Shown here in pieces: positions 1 to 8,023 of a DNA stretch of 56,404 nt. Origin of the DNA: Actinomycetes bacterium (lineage in GTDB: Bacteria > Actinomycetota > CALGFH01). Each line of letters begins with the position of its first letter. The first letter of the stretch is position 1. The stretch lies in contig JBJMHP010000348.1 in NCBI GenBank assembly GCA_045807325.1, positions 1-56,404 on the forward strand. Reading direction: 5' to 3'. A model generated the notes under the pieces. That model saw only the letters and a list, made by a program, of their open reading frames with translations, ran no database searches and was not told the origin of the DNA. Both the position numbers and the translations under genes were made by a program.

Positions 1-347
1 TGTCGCTCGGAGGAGGTGGTGAGGGGGCTGACCAGGTAGTCGGCGTACCCGCGGTGGGGGTACAGGTGCAGGCGCATGCCTGGCCGGAGATGGTCCACCC
101 GTCGCCACGAGCCAACGGTTCGGCGCTCGGGGACCGCGTACACCAGGTGGTCGGCGGTCGCCTCGATGAACGAGCCGTTGCGGAGGAGCACCCGGTACAC
201 ACGCTTGTCGCCGTTGGCCTTGACCGCCCGGACCCGGGTCTCACCGTGGGCGTCGTAGACGACCGTCCCCATCGCCCGGCGCTCGACCAGCTCACCAATG
301 GGCACCATGCCGGTGGGCGTGCTGACCAGGGCGTGGTACGGCTGGCA
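1..347 (-). mobile_element. Intein (N-terminal splicing region, partial) inserted in nrdJ at the conserved Q-x-S-A-C redox-cysteine motif
   Basis: After ..DPQCSA the reading frame leaves RNR-like sequence and continues CQPYHALVSTPTGMVPIGELVERRAMGTVVYDAHGETRVRAVKANGDKRVYRVLLRNGSFIEATADHLVYAV.. This shows a Cys1 plus block-A-like start and a T-x-x-H block-B-like motif (TADH). It continues past position 1. Confidence 0.7.
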
Positions 348-815
348 GGCCGAGCACTGGGGGTCCTCTTCGACGCCGACGTTGAACCAGACCGGGGAGT
401 TGAAGGCGGCCTTCTGGTTGACCAGCAGGTGGGTCAGCTCGCCCTGGAACGCCTCGGCGTCCTCGTCGGTGGCGAAGTAGCCGTCCTTGGCGCCCCAGCG
501 GGTGATGGTGCCGGCGACCCTGTCCACCATCTGGCGGACCGAGTGCTCACGCTGGGGCGTGCCGAGGGGCCCGCGGAAGTACTTCTGGGCGACGATGTTG
601 GTGGCGTTCTGCGACCAGGTGGCGGGGAACTCGAGGTCGCGCTGCTCGAAGGCGGTGGTGCCATCGCGCCAGTTGGTGATGACGGCGTCCCTGCGCTCCC
701 AGGTCAGCTCGTCGTAGGGGTGGGTTCCCTTGGTCGTGAACAGGCGGCTCACGCGAAGCCCGCCACGGCGGGCGGGGCCGTGCTCAACGGACAGGGCATC
801 CCGGGTCTTGGCCAC
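1..815 (-). CDS. nrdJ: Class II (adenosylcobalamin-dependent) ribonucleotide reductase NrdJ, 5' part. Runs off the window start and is interrupted by an intein from codon 157.
   Basis: Absent from the ORF track because no stop lies in the window. My minus-strand translation starts at GTG 815 with GGAGGT 9 nt upstream: VAKTRDALSVEHG..RVSRLFTTKGTHPYDELTWERRDAVITNW..NIVAQKYFRGPLGTPQREHSVRQMVDRV..NQKAAFNSPVWFNVGVEEDPQCSA. This matches the typical NrdJ N-terminus and NrdR boxes lie upstream. Confidence 0.85.
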   Translation of the reverse strand, partial: MAKTRDALSVEHGPARRGGLRVSRLFTTKGTHPYDELTWERRDAVITNWRDGTTAFEQRDLEFPATWSQNATNIVAQKYFRGPLGTPQREHSVRQMVDRVAGTITRWGAKDGYFATDEDAEAFQGELTHLLVNQKAAFNSPVWFNVGVEEDPQCSACQPYHALVSTPTGMVPIGELVERRAMGTVVYDAHGETRVRAVKANGDKRVYRVLLRNGSFIEATADHLVYAVPERRTVGSWRRVDHLRPGMRLHLYPHRGYADYLVSPLTTSSER

Positions 816-1000
816 GATGATTTGACCTCCTGCGACCCCCGTGCTGGCCGGGGTCGCGCACCTCCGTCCCCTGGAGAAGCGGCGCTGAGCGGTGCTGTGG
901 ACCGGGTCAGCGGGGCCGAGCGGGACGACGAACGGACAGATCCACGAACTACAGCGATGTGATTAAGCACCGATCCGGGGCTCGGGTCAAGCACCCTCGC

Positions 1001-1016
1001 ACACAAGATGTTGTGG
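1001..1016. promoter_or_regulatory. NrdR box 1
   Basis: ACACAAGATGTTGTGG, an imperfect 16-bp palindrome matching the acaCwAtATaTwgtgt-type NrdR box, in the nrdJ<>nrdR intergenic region. Confidence 0.7.
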
Positions 1017-1037
1017 AAAACTTGCCTCCTGGGACCG

Positions 1038-1043
1038 ATTATA
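1038..1043 (-). promoter_or_regulatory. Candidate -10 (TATAAT) of the nrdJ promoter
   Basis: The minus strand reads ..ACCACAACATATAGTGG-TATAAT-CGG. It is a perfect -10 hexamer flanked by the two NrdR boxes and implies a leader of roughly 220 nt to GTG 815. Confidence 0.4.
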
Positions 1044-1060
1044 CCACTATATGTTGTGGT
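1043..1060. promoter_or_regulatory. NrdR box 2
   Basis: ACCACTATATGTTGTGGT. Its centre is about 43 bp (about 4 helical turns) from box 1, and it abuts the minus-strand TATAAT. Confidence 0.7.
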
Positions 1061-1092
1061 GGCCGGCACCGGCCGGCCAAGGGAGGATCGCC

Positions 1093-1590
1093 GTGCGTTG
1101 CCCCTTCTGCGGGTCCGACGAGGACCGCGTGGTCGACTCCCGTCCGTCGGAGGACGGGGGGACGATCCGTCGCCGGCGTGCCTGTGCGGTCTGCGGTCGA
1201 CGCTTCACCACCTTCGAGCGGGTCGAGGAGGCGCCGCTGCTCGTCCTCAAGCGGGACGGCTCCAGGGAGCAGTTCGAGCTGGGCAAGCTGGTGTCCGGGC
1301 TCGAGAAGGCCTGCAAGAACCGACCGATCTCTCGAGACGAGATCCTACGCATCGCCAGTGACATCGAAGAGGCGGTCCGGGCCAGGGGCCAGCGCGAGGT
1401 CGAGAGCCAGGAGGTCGGCATCGAGCTCCTCAACGCCCTCCGCGAGCTCGACCCGGTCGCCTACATGCGCTTCGCCAGCGTCTACAAGGACTTCCAGGAC
1501 CCGGCCGACTTCGAGCGCGAGCTGGAGGACCTCGGCTCCCTCCGCAAGACCACCCCCCCGAAACCCCGCTCAAACGCGGGCGCGACCTAG
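1093..1590 (+). CDS. nrdR: Transcriptional repressor NrdR (zinc ribbon + ATP-cone)
   Basis: VRCPFCGSDEDRVVDSRPSEDGGTIRRRRACAVCGRRFTTFERVEE.. The GTG at 1093 is preceded by GGGAGGA. The track ORF from 1051 adds a non-homologous extension. Confidence 0.92.
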   Translation: MRCPFCGSDEDRVVDSRPSEDGGTIRRRRACAVCGRRFTTFERVEEAPLLVLKRDGSREQFELGKLVSGLEKACKNRPISRDEILRIASDIEEAVRARGQREVESQEVGIELLNALRELDPVAYMRFASVYKDFQDPADFERELEDLGSLRKTTPPKPRSNAGAT

Positions 1591-1853
1591 CGCTCCGGGA
1601 CGGGGATCGACAGCTCCTGTCCGGCCTGGAGCCCGCCGCGGAGGTCGTTGGCCTTGATCAGCCCGTCCACCACGGGCCTTGGGTCGCGTCCCGGAGCGAC
1701 CTGCCGGGCGATCGACCACAAAGTGTCCCCGGGCTCGACCACGTAGGTGACCCGCGGCGCCGGCCGATCGGGTCCGTCGCCGCGGGCCAGGCCGGGAGCG
1801 ACCAGGAGGAACACGGCCACGACGAGGCCGATGGCAAGCACCCGGGCACGCAT
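1587..1853 (-). CDS. Small membrane-anchored or secreted LysM-domain protein, in the ChiZ-like position divergent from lexA
   Basis: N-terminal hydrophobic segment RVLAIGLVVAVFLLVAPGLA followed by a LysM motif YVVEPGDTLWSIARQV..LIKANDL..LQAGQELSIP. It shares the SOS-box region with lexA. Confidence 0.75.
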   Translation of the reverse strand: MRARVLAIGLVVAVFLLVAPGLARGDGPDRPAPRVTYVVEPGDTLWSIARQVAPGRDPRPVVDGLIKANDLRGGLQAGQELSIPVPER

Positions 1854-1922
1854 GGGGTCAACCTCCCCTCCTCCCAGCCGGCCATGTCAGGGAACACCTG
1901 TTCGAGCCGCCATCCATCCTGC

Positions 1923-1938
1923 CCGAACACCCGTTCGG
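1923..1938. promoter_or_regulatory. LexA (SOS) box, strong
   Basis: CCGAACACCCGTTCGG, a perfect CGAAC-N4-GTTCG palindrome (actinobacterial/Gram-positive SOS box type), between the LysM gene and lexA. Confidence 0.75.
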
Positions 1939-1960
1939 TGTCAACCAGCTGCCCACAATA

Positions 1961-1976
1961 TCGAACTGGTGTTTGC
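1961..1976. promoter_or_regulatory. LexA (SOS) box, weaker second site
   Basis: TCGAACTGGTGTTTGC. The left half is perfect and the right half is degenerate. It lies about 70 nt upstream of the lexA ATG. Confidence 0.4.
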
Positions 1977-2046
1977 CTCACGCCTGCCTCGCTGCTAGAG
2001 TCCGGTTCATCAGGCGGCAGCGGACCAGGCGTCAGGGGGTACAGCG

Positions 2047-2679
2047 ATGGCGGACCAGCTCACCACCAGGCAACGACGCATCCTGGAGGTGATCAGCGAC
2101 GCGGTCGCAGACCGGGGCTACCCCCCATCCATCCGGGAGATCGGCGAGGCCGTCGGCCTGACCTCGACCTCCAGCGTCCACTCCCAGCTCGAGGCGCTCC
2201 AGCGCAAGGGCTTCATCCGTCGAGACCCGACCAAGCCCCGCGCCATCGAGGTCCACCTCAAGGAGCCGGTGGCGGCGATGCCCCGACCGCTGCCGACCTA
2301 CGTCCCGCTGATGAGCGCGCCCGTCGCCGCCGGTACCGGCACCCTGCCCGACGACATGGTCGAGGAGCTGCTGCCGCTGCCACGCGAGCTGGTCGGCCAG
2401 GGCCAGCTGTTCATGCTGCAGGTCCGAGGGGACTCGATGGTCGGCGCCGGCGTCCTCGACCGCGACTTCGTGGTCGTCCGTCGCCAGGACTCGGCCGACA
2501 ACGGCGACATGGTCGCCGCCCTCCTCCCCAACGACGAGTCGGAGGCGACCGTCAAGCACTTCGCACGCCGGGGCGGCCACGTCCAGCTCCTCCCCGACAA
2601 CCCCGCCTTCGACCCGATCGACGGCGACCAGGCCCAGATCCTCGGCAAGGTCGTCGCCGTCCTCCGCCGCCTCCGCTGA
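2047..2679 (+). CDS. lexA: LexA repressor
   Basis: LTTRQRRILEVISDAVADRGYPPSIREIGEAVGLTSTSSVHSQLEALQRKGFIRRD.., and a C-terminal S24 peptidase region GDSMVGAGVLDRDFVVV. Confidence 0.95.
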   Translation: MADQLTTRQRRILEVISDAVADRGYPPSIREIGEAVGLTSTSSVHSQLEALQRKGFIRRDPTKPRAIEVHLKEPVAAMPRPLPTYVPLMSAPVAAGTGTLPDDMVEELLPLPRELVGQGQLFMLQVRGDSMVGAGVLDRDFVVVRRQDSADNGDMVAALLPNDESEATVKHFARRGGHVQLLPDNPAFDPIDGDQAQILGKVVAVLRRLR

Positions 2680-2769
2680 CGCGCCGCCGCCCCGAACGAG
2701 CGGCTTGCGCCCCGGCGAGCCGTTCGCCCTCCGGGTTGTTCGCCTAGGGCCGTTTGAGGCCTGCCCAGA

Positions 2770-4269
2770 TCAGCTGCTCGGGTGCCCTGGGATCTCCGCG
2801 CTCGCGTAGTAGCGTTCGTCCTCGGGACCCGGGGTGGCGTGCTGCTCGGGCTTGGCCATCGGGGCCTCGTGGCCGTCCGCCGGGCCGAGCTCGTGGGGGG
2901 CGAGGGCATGGGCCAGGGAGGCGGAGGCGCGGAGGTGGAGGCGGGTGCCTTCGGGGAGGTGGTCGACGTCGAGGATCTCGGCCTCGCGGTGGGCGCGGTC
3001 GATCAGGTCGCCGCGGGCGTAGGGGACCACGGCGGTCAGCTCGACCTCGGGGCGGGGCAGGCGGTCGGCGGTGGCCGCGAGCAGGTCGTCGATCCCCTCG
3101 CCGGTGGCGGCCGAGATCATCGGGACCCCGGGGAACAGGCGGCTCAGCCGGGCCCGGGTGACCTCGTCGAGCAGGTCGGCCTTGTTGAGGACCAGCAGCT
3201 CGGGCACGTCGGCCGCGCCGACCTCGCCCAGGACGGACCGGACGGCGGCCATCTGGCCGGCCGGGTCGGGCTGGGCGGCGTCCACCAGGTGGACGATCAG
3301 GTCGGCCCTGGCGACCTCCTCGAGGGTCGACTTGAACGCCTCGACCAGGTCGTGGGGCAGCTTGGCGATGAACCCGACGGTGTCAGTGAAGGTCGCCGCC
3401 CGCCCGCCGGGCAGATCGAGCCGCCGGGTGGTGGGGTCGAGGGTCGAGAACAGCTTGTCCTCGACCAGCACCCCGGCCCCGGACAGGCGGTTCAGCAGGG
3501 TCGACTTGCCGGCGTTGGTGTAGCCGACCAGCGCCACGGCGGGGACGCCGGCGCGCTCGCGGCCGCGGCGCTTGACATCCCGGGTCCGGGCCATGTCGGC
3601 CAGGTCCCGGCGGAGCTTGGTGATGCGGCGGCGGATGCGGCGGCGGTCGACCTCCATCTTGGTCTCGCCGGGGCCGCGGGTGCCGATCGGCCCGCCCGAG
3701 CCCATGCCGCTGCCGACCCGGGTCAGGCTCTCGCCCCAGCCCCGCAGCCTGGGCAGCATGTAGTTGAGCTGAGCCAGCTCAACCTGGGCCTTGCCCTCTC
3801 GGCTGGTGGCGTGCTGGGCGAAGATGTCGAGGATCAGCACGGTGCGGTCGATCACCTTGGCGTCGACCAGCTCCTCCAGGTGCCGCAGCTGCCCGGGCGA
3901 CAGCTCGTCGTCCATGATGACGGTGTCGGCCCCGAGCGACCTGACGGCGGCGGCCAGCTCCTTGGCCTTGCCCTTGCCGATGAAGGTGCCGGCGTCCGGG
4001 CGGGCTCGGCGCTGGACCATTGTGTCGAGGACCTCGGCCCCGGCGGTCTCGGCCAGCCGGTGCAGCTCCTCGACCGAGCGCTCGGCCTGCTCCACCGACC
4101 CGTCGACGGCCACGCCGACGAGCACCACGCGCTCCAGGCGGAGCTTGCGCAGCTCGACGAGCTTGACCTCGTCGGTCGGACGGGCTGGGGTGGTGGTCGC
4201 CGGTCGGCCGTCGGCCCGTTGGGCGTGGGTCCTGGTATCAGTCATTGTGTGTTCGTTCATCATCTCCAC
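2770..4269 (-). CDS. hflX: GTPase HflX
   Basis: VALVGYTNAGKSTLLNRLSG..LFSTLDPTTRR..DTVGFI..LNKADL. N-terminal HflX domain RLERVVLVGV..ELHRLAETAGAEV. Confidence 0.92.
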   Translation of the reverse strand: MEMMNEHTMTDTRTHAQRADGRPATTTPARPTDEVKLVELRKLRLERVVLVGVAVDGSVEQAERSVEELHRLAETAGAEVLDTMVQRRARPDAGTFIGKGKAKELAAAVRSLGADTVIMDDELSPGQLRHLEELVDAKVIDRTVLILDIFAQHATSREGKAQVELAQLNYMLPRLRGWGESLTRVGSGMGSGGPIGTRGPGETKMEVDRRRIRRRITKLRRDLADMARTRDVKRRGRERAGVPAVALVGYTNAGKSTLLNRLSGAGVLVEDKLFSTLDPTTRRLDLPGGRAATFTDTVGFIAKLPHDLVEAFKSTLEEVARADLIVHLVDAAQPDPAGQMAAVRSVLGEVGAADVPELLVLNKADLLDEVTRARLSRLFPGVPMISAATGEGIDDLLAATADRLPRPEVELTAVVPYARGDLIDRAHREAEILDVDHLPEGTRLHLRASASLAHALAPHELGPADGHEAPMAKPEQHATPGPEDERYYASAEIPGHPSS

Positions 4270-4339
4270 CGTAGCGGGTCGCTCGCGATCCGTCCCGTCA
4301 TTTCGGCGACACGGGTCGGGCCGGGTCCGGGCGACACGC

Positions 4340-5506
4340 CTAACGGCCGACCAGGGCCTTGCGGACCCGTTCGCAGCCCTCGTCGAGCCGGCTGTCGGGG
4401 ATGGTGATGGACAGGCGGATGTAGCCCTCGCCGCTGGGGCCGTAGCCGGTGCCGGGTGCGACGACCACGCCGGCCTCGTCCAGGAGCCGGGCGGTGAAGT
4501 CGACGCTCGACTCCCCGGGCGGGGTGGGCAGCCACACGTACAGGGCGCCCTTGGGGGCGTCGACCTTCCAGCCGGCGTCCCAGAACACCTCCATGATCCG
4601 GTCGCGGCGGCGCCGGTAGGTCTCCAGCAGCCCGGGCAGGTGAGGCATGCCGCTCTCCAGGGCGGCCACCCCGGCCCGCTGCACGGCGTTGAAGATGCCC
4701 GAGTCGATGTTGGTCTTGACCCGGCCGAGGGCCTCGATGGCGACCGGGCTGCCGACCGCCCAGCCGATCCGCCAGCCGGTCATGTTGAAGATCTTGGACA
4801 GCGACCCGAACTCGATGGCCACCTCGGTGGCGCCCGGGACCTCCAGCACCGACGGGGCGACGAAGCCGTCGTAGGTGATCTCGGAGTAGGCGTTGTCGTA
4901 GGCCAGCAGCAGGTCACGCTCGGCCGCGAACCGGACCGCCGCCTCCAGCTGCTGGGCGGTGGCCACGGCGCCGGTCGGGTTGGACGGGTAGCAGAGCCAC
5001 AGCAGCTTGGCCTCCGGCGCCGTCGAGGGGTCGACAGCGGCGAAGTCCGGGAACCAGCCGTCCTCGGCGGTGAGGGGGAGGTGCACCGGCCGGCCGCCGG
5101 CCAGGATGGTCCCGACCTCGTAGACCGGGTAGCCGGGCTCGGTCACCAGCACCTGGTCGCCAGGGTCGACGAACGCCCATGGCAGGTGGGCGATCCCCTC
5201 CTTGGAGCCGATCAGGGGCAGCACCTGGGTGTCAGGGTCCAGCTCGACCCCGAAGCGGCGCCGGTAGAAGTCGGCGACCGCGCGCCGGAACGCCGGCAGC
5301 CCGAAGTAGCTCGGGTACTGGTGGGTCGAGGGGTCGCGGGCCGCCTGGGCCAGCTCCTCGACCACGAAGTCGGGGGTGGGCAGGTCGGGGTCGCCGACGC
5401 CGAAGGAGATGACGTCGACGCCCGCGGCCCTGCGCTCGGCCACCTTGCGGTCGATCTCGGCGAACAGGTACGGCGGGATGGCGTCGATGCGGCGTGCGGT
5501 GCGCAT
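4340..5506 (-). CDS. dapL: LL-diaminopimelate aminotransferase (DapL-type class I aminotransferase)
   Basis: IDAIPPYLFAEIDRKV..ISFGVGDPDLPTP..SLSKIFNMTGWRIGWAVG. I chose ATG 5506 because GAGGAGGAG lies 10 nt upstream. The track ORF starts at GTG 5542. Confidence 0.75.
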   Translation of the reverse strand: MRTARRIDAIPPYLFAEIDRKVAERRAAGVDVISFGVGDPDLPTPDFVVEELAQAARDPSTHQYPSYFGLPAFRRAVADFYRRRFGVELDPDTQVLPLIGSKEGIAHLPWAFVDPGDQVLVTEPGYPVYEVGTILAGGRPVHLPLTAEDGWFPDFAAVDPSTAPEAKLLWLCYPSNPTGAVATAQQLEAAVRFAAERDLLLAYDNAYSEITYDGFVAPSVLEVPGATEVAIEFGSLSKIFNMTGWRIGWAVGSPVAIEALGRVKTNIDSGIFNAVQRAGVAALESGMPHLPGLLETYRRRRDRIMEVFWDAGWKVDAPKGALYVWLPTPPGESSVDFTARLLDEAGVVVAPGTGYGPSGEGYIRLSITIPDSRLDEGCERVRKALVGR

Positions 5507-5728
5507 GAGCTGGGTGCTCCTCCTCGCGGAGAGGTCCGGCACGAACCAGGCGGATCCGAGCTGGCAGCCTACCGCCAGCGGCGTACCGACGCCGCGCCGC
5601 GGCCAGCGGGGTGGGGCAGGACCCGGTGACGGCGGCCCCGGCGGCCAGCCGCCCTCCGAGCGCCTCCGCTCAGGCGGTGCCGGCCCCGGGGCGCCGCCCG
5701 GTCGGCATGGCGCGCTGGGCGGCTGGGG

Positions 5729-6037
5729 TTACCGGACCCGGAGCTCGCCGTTGCCGATGCGGGCCAGGGACCCCTCGGTGCGGCGGCCCTCGGCCCGGTA
5801 GACGAAGTTGATGACCTCGCCGCTCTCGACCAGGGCGATGGCGTCACGCCCGGTCATGGCGTCCTGGATGGCGTCCTCCCCGCCCGGGCGGGCGACGAAC
5901 CGGACCAGCTCGGGCTGGGCCGGGAAGCGTTGGCCGTTGCCGGTGGTGTAGCCGAACAGCAGCCGGGCCAGCTCCGCCTTGGAGTCGAGCGGTCGATGCT
6001 CGGCGAGACGGTGGTCGAAGACCAGAACGTCGTACAT
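5729..6037 (-). CDS. Hypothetical protein (102 aa)
   Basis: Balanced, non-low-complexity translation (MYDVLVFDHRLAEHRPLDSKAELARLLFGYTTGNGQRF..). GAAGGGG lies upstream of the ATG. I recognised no family. Confidence 0.5.
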   Translation of the reverse strand: MYDVLVFDHRLAEHRPLDSKAELARLLFGYTTGNGQRFPAQPELVRFVARPGGEDAIQDAMTGRDAIALVESGEVINFVYRAEGRRTEGSLARIGNGELRVR

Positions 6038-6115
6038 GAAGACCGCCCCTTCTGGACAGTTTGCGGCAGTCTACGCCACGATACGGTGCAAACGGTGCAT
6101 GCCCGCAGCCGTGAC

Positions 6116-6177
6116 GGGGCTGTGCACAGCTGCCGGCATCCAAGGCCGCGCCGGGCTACCCTCCCGACTGGGGGCCC
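6116..6177 (-). repeat. Dispersed DnaA-box-containing repeat, copy E
   Basis: The minus strand reads gggcccccagtcGGGAGGGTAGCCcggcgcggccttggatgccggcaGCTGTGCACAGCccc. The box is a perfect 12-bp palindrome. It is intergenic, upstream of the 5729-6037 ORF. Confidence 0.7.
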
Positions 6178-6210
6178 GCGCACCGCGAGCGGTTGGTGAG
6201 GGCCGCCCGG

Positions 6211-7026
6211 TTACTGGACCGAGGCGAGGAAGTCGTCGGTCAGGGTGCCGTGGGCGACCTCGCGGGCCGGGCCGGTCATGCGGACGGTGCCACCGGGGGT
6301 CCAGTCGAGCTCCAGGCGGCCGCCGCGCAGCTCGACGACCAGCGGTCGGCCGGCCACGCCTCTGACCTGGGCGGCCACGGCGACCGCGCAGGCGCCAGTT
6401 CCGCAGGCCAGCGTCTCGCCGACCCCTCGCTCCCAGGTCCGCTGGCGGACGGTGGCCCGGTCGACCACCTGGGCGAACTCGACGTTGGTCTTGGCCGGAG
6501 CGAAGGTTGGGTGGTTCTCGAGCCTGGGGCCGAGGGTGGTCACCGCCGCCTTGTCGACGTCGTCCACGAACACCACGGCGTGCGGATTGCCCATGGACAG
6601 GCAGGTGGCGATGACCTGCTCGCCGTCTATCTCGAGGGTGCGCTCGTCATCCAGGGTGGGTGGCCCCATGTCGACGGTGACCCGGTCGATGCCACCGCGG
6701 TCGTCGGCGTGCAGCTTCAGGTGTTTGATCCCCGCCCGGGTCTCCAGGTCGAAGGTGGGGCCGACCAGGCCGCGGTCGCCCAGGTACTTGCCGACCACCC
6801 GGACCCCGTTGCCGCACATCTCGGCCAGCGAGCCGTCGGCGTTGCGGTAGTCCATGAAGAACGGCGTCTCGCCGCCCGGGGCGATGCGGATCAGGCCGTC
6901 CGCCCCGACCCCGAAGTGACGGTCGCAGACCGCCCGGGCCAGTTGCGGGGTGATCCGGTAGCGGTCGGTGAGGTCCTCGACGACCACGAAGTCGTTGCCG
7001 GTGCCGTGCGCCTTGACGAACTCCAC
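6211..7026 (-). CDS. dapF: Diaminopimelate epimerase
   Basis: MEFVKAHGTGNDFVVVED..MCGNGVRV..LACGTGACAVA, with both catalytic Cys motifs. Confidence 0.93.
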   Translation of the reverse strand: MEFVKAHGTGNDFVVVEDLTDRYRITPQLARAVCDRHFGVGADGLIRIAPGGETPFFMDYRNADGSLAEMCGNGVRVVGKYLGDRGLVGPTFDLETRAGIKHLKLHADDRGGIDRVTVDMGPPTLDDERTLEIDGEQVIATCLSMGNPHAVVFVDDVDKAAVTTLGPRLENHPTFAPAKTNVEFAQVVDRATVRQRTWERGVGETLACGTGACAVAVAAQVRGVAGRPLVVELRGGRLELDWTPGGTVRMTGPAREVAHGTLTDDFLASVQ

Positions 7027-7029
7027 GCG

Positions 7030-7980
7030 TCAACCCTTCCCGTACATTTCCAGGGCCCAGGCTACTCGGTCCGGCCCGGGAGGAAGGGTACTCCATCGCA
7101 CCCGAGGGTCCCTGCGGAACCAGGCCAGCTGGCGGCGGGCGTAGGCCCGGGTCCGTCTGACCACCGCCTCCAGCGCCTCGGCGACCGGTGTGCCCTGCTC
7201 CATGGCGTCGAGCAGCTCCTTGTAGCCAAGGGCCTGCCGGGCCGTCCGGGACAGCGGACGCTCGGCCAGCCGCCGGACCTCCTCGACCAGCCCCGCCTCG
7301 GCCATCGCCGCCACCCGCTCGGCCACCCTGGCCCGCAGCGGCTCGGGGCCGGGGTCGAGGCCGAGCACGGTCAGGCGGTAGCGCGAGACCGGGGTGTCCA
7401 TGGCCCCGCGGAACGACGAGAACGGCCGGCCGGTCAGCTCCATCACCTCCAGGGCCCGGACCGTGCGGCGCAGGTTGGCGGGCTGGATCCGGGCGGCCGC
7501 CGGCGGGTCGGCCGCGGCCAGCCGGCGGTACAGCTCGGGCAGGCCGACGCGGGCCGCCTCGGCCTCCAGCCGGACCCGGACGGCCTGGTCGGTCGGGGGG
7601 AACACGAAGTCGTCGACGACGGCGTGGAAGTAGAGGCCGGACCCGCCGACCAGCAGCGGCATCCTCCCCCGGCCCAGCACCTCGGCGATCGCGGCCCGGG
7701 CCAGCGGCTGGAACCGCGCCACCGAGAACTCCTCGCCCGGGTCGACCAGGTCGACCAGGTGATGCGGCACGCGCGCCCGCTCCTTCGGTGTCGGCTTGGC
7801 CGTCCCGATGTCCATCCTCCGGTACACCAGCATGGCGTCGGCGCTCACCACCTCGGCCCCGAGCCGCTCGGCCACCGCCAGGGCCAGCTCGGTCTTGCCC
7901 GCGGCCGTGGGTCCCACCAGGGCCAGGACCGGACCCGGCCGGGGGCCGGGCGGGGACGGGGGCTGTGTCGAGGAGCTCAT
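7030..7980 (-). CDS. miaA: tRNA dimethylallyltransferase MiaA
   Basis: LALVGPTAAGKTELALAVAERLGAEVVSADAMLVYRRMDIGTAKPT..VPHHLVD. I preferred ATG 7980 over the track's TTG 8004; the start is uncertain. Confidence 0.9.
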   Translation of the reverse strand: MSSSTQPPSPPGPRPGPVLALVGPTAAGKTELALAVAERLGAEVVSADAMLVYRRMDIGTAKPTPKERARVPHHLVDLVDPGEEFSVARFQPLARAAIAEVLGRGRMPLLVGGSGLYFHAVVDDFVFPPTDQAVRVRLEAEAARVGLPELYRRLAAADPPAAARIQPANLRRTVRALEVMELTGRPFSSFRGAMDTPVSRYRLTVLGLDPGPEPLRARVAERVAAMAEAGLVEEVRRLAERPLSRTARQALGYKELLDAMEQGTPVAEALEAVVRRTRAYARRQLAWFRRDPRVRWSTLPPGPDRVAWALEMYGKG

Positions 7981-8023
7981 GGCGCGGTCGGGCGGGCGGC
8001 GCAAGGGCCGGGTCGGGAGCCGG

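Noticed and set aside
54-962. 302-aa plus-strand ORF at the window start
   Set aside because: It is antisense to the nrdJ 5' region and has a Gly/Val/Asp-rich shadow composition. The minus strand gives unmistakable NrdJ plus intein sequence.
816-1000. Possible cobalamin riboswitch or DnaA-box repeat copy in the long nrdJ leader
   Set aside because: I could not find the B12-box-like core. A B12 riboswitch would also be unexpected in front of the B12-dependent RNR. The GGTCCACAG at ~895-903 (minus strand) resembles the DnaA-box arm but lacks the GGGAGGGTAGCC partner, so I did not count it as a repeat copy.
2680-2769. Possible intrinsic terminator between convergent lexA and hflX
   Set aside because: Only a 5-bp stem could be drawn and there is no U-tract, so it is not supportable.
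7060-7100. GGGAGGAAGGGTACTCC resembling the left arm of the dispersed repeat
   Set aside because: It lies in the conserved C-terminal coding sequence of miaA, has no DnaA-box arm, and matches the repeat consensus only partially. Similar partial matches at 10490-10515, 30460-30480 and 52470-52490 were dismissed for the same reason.
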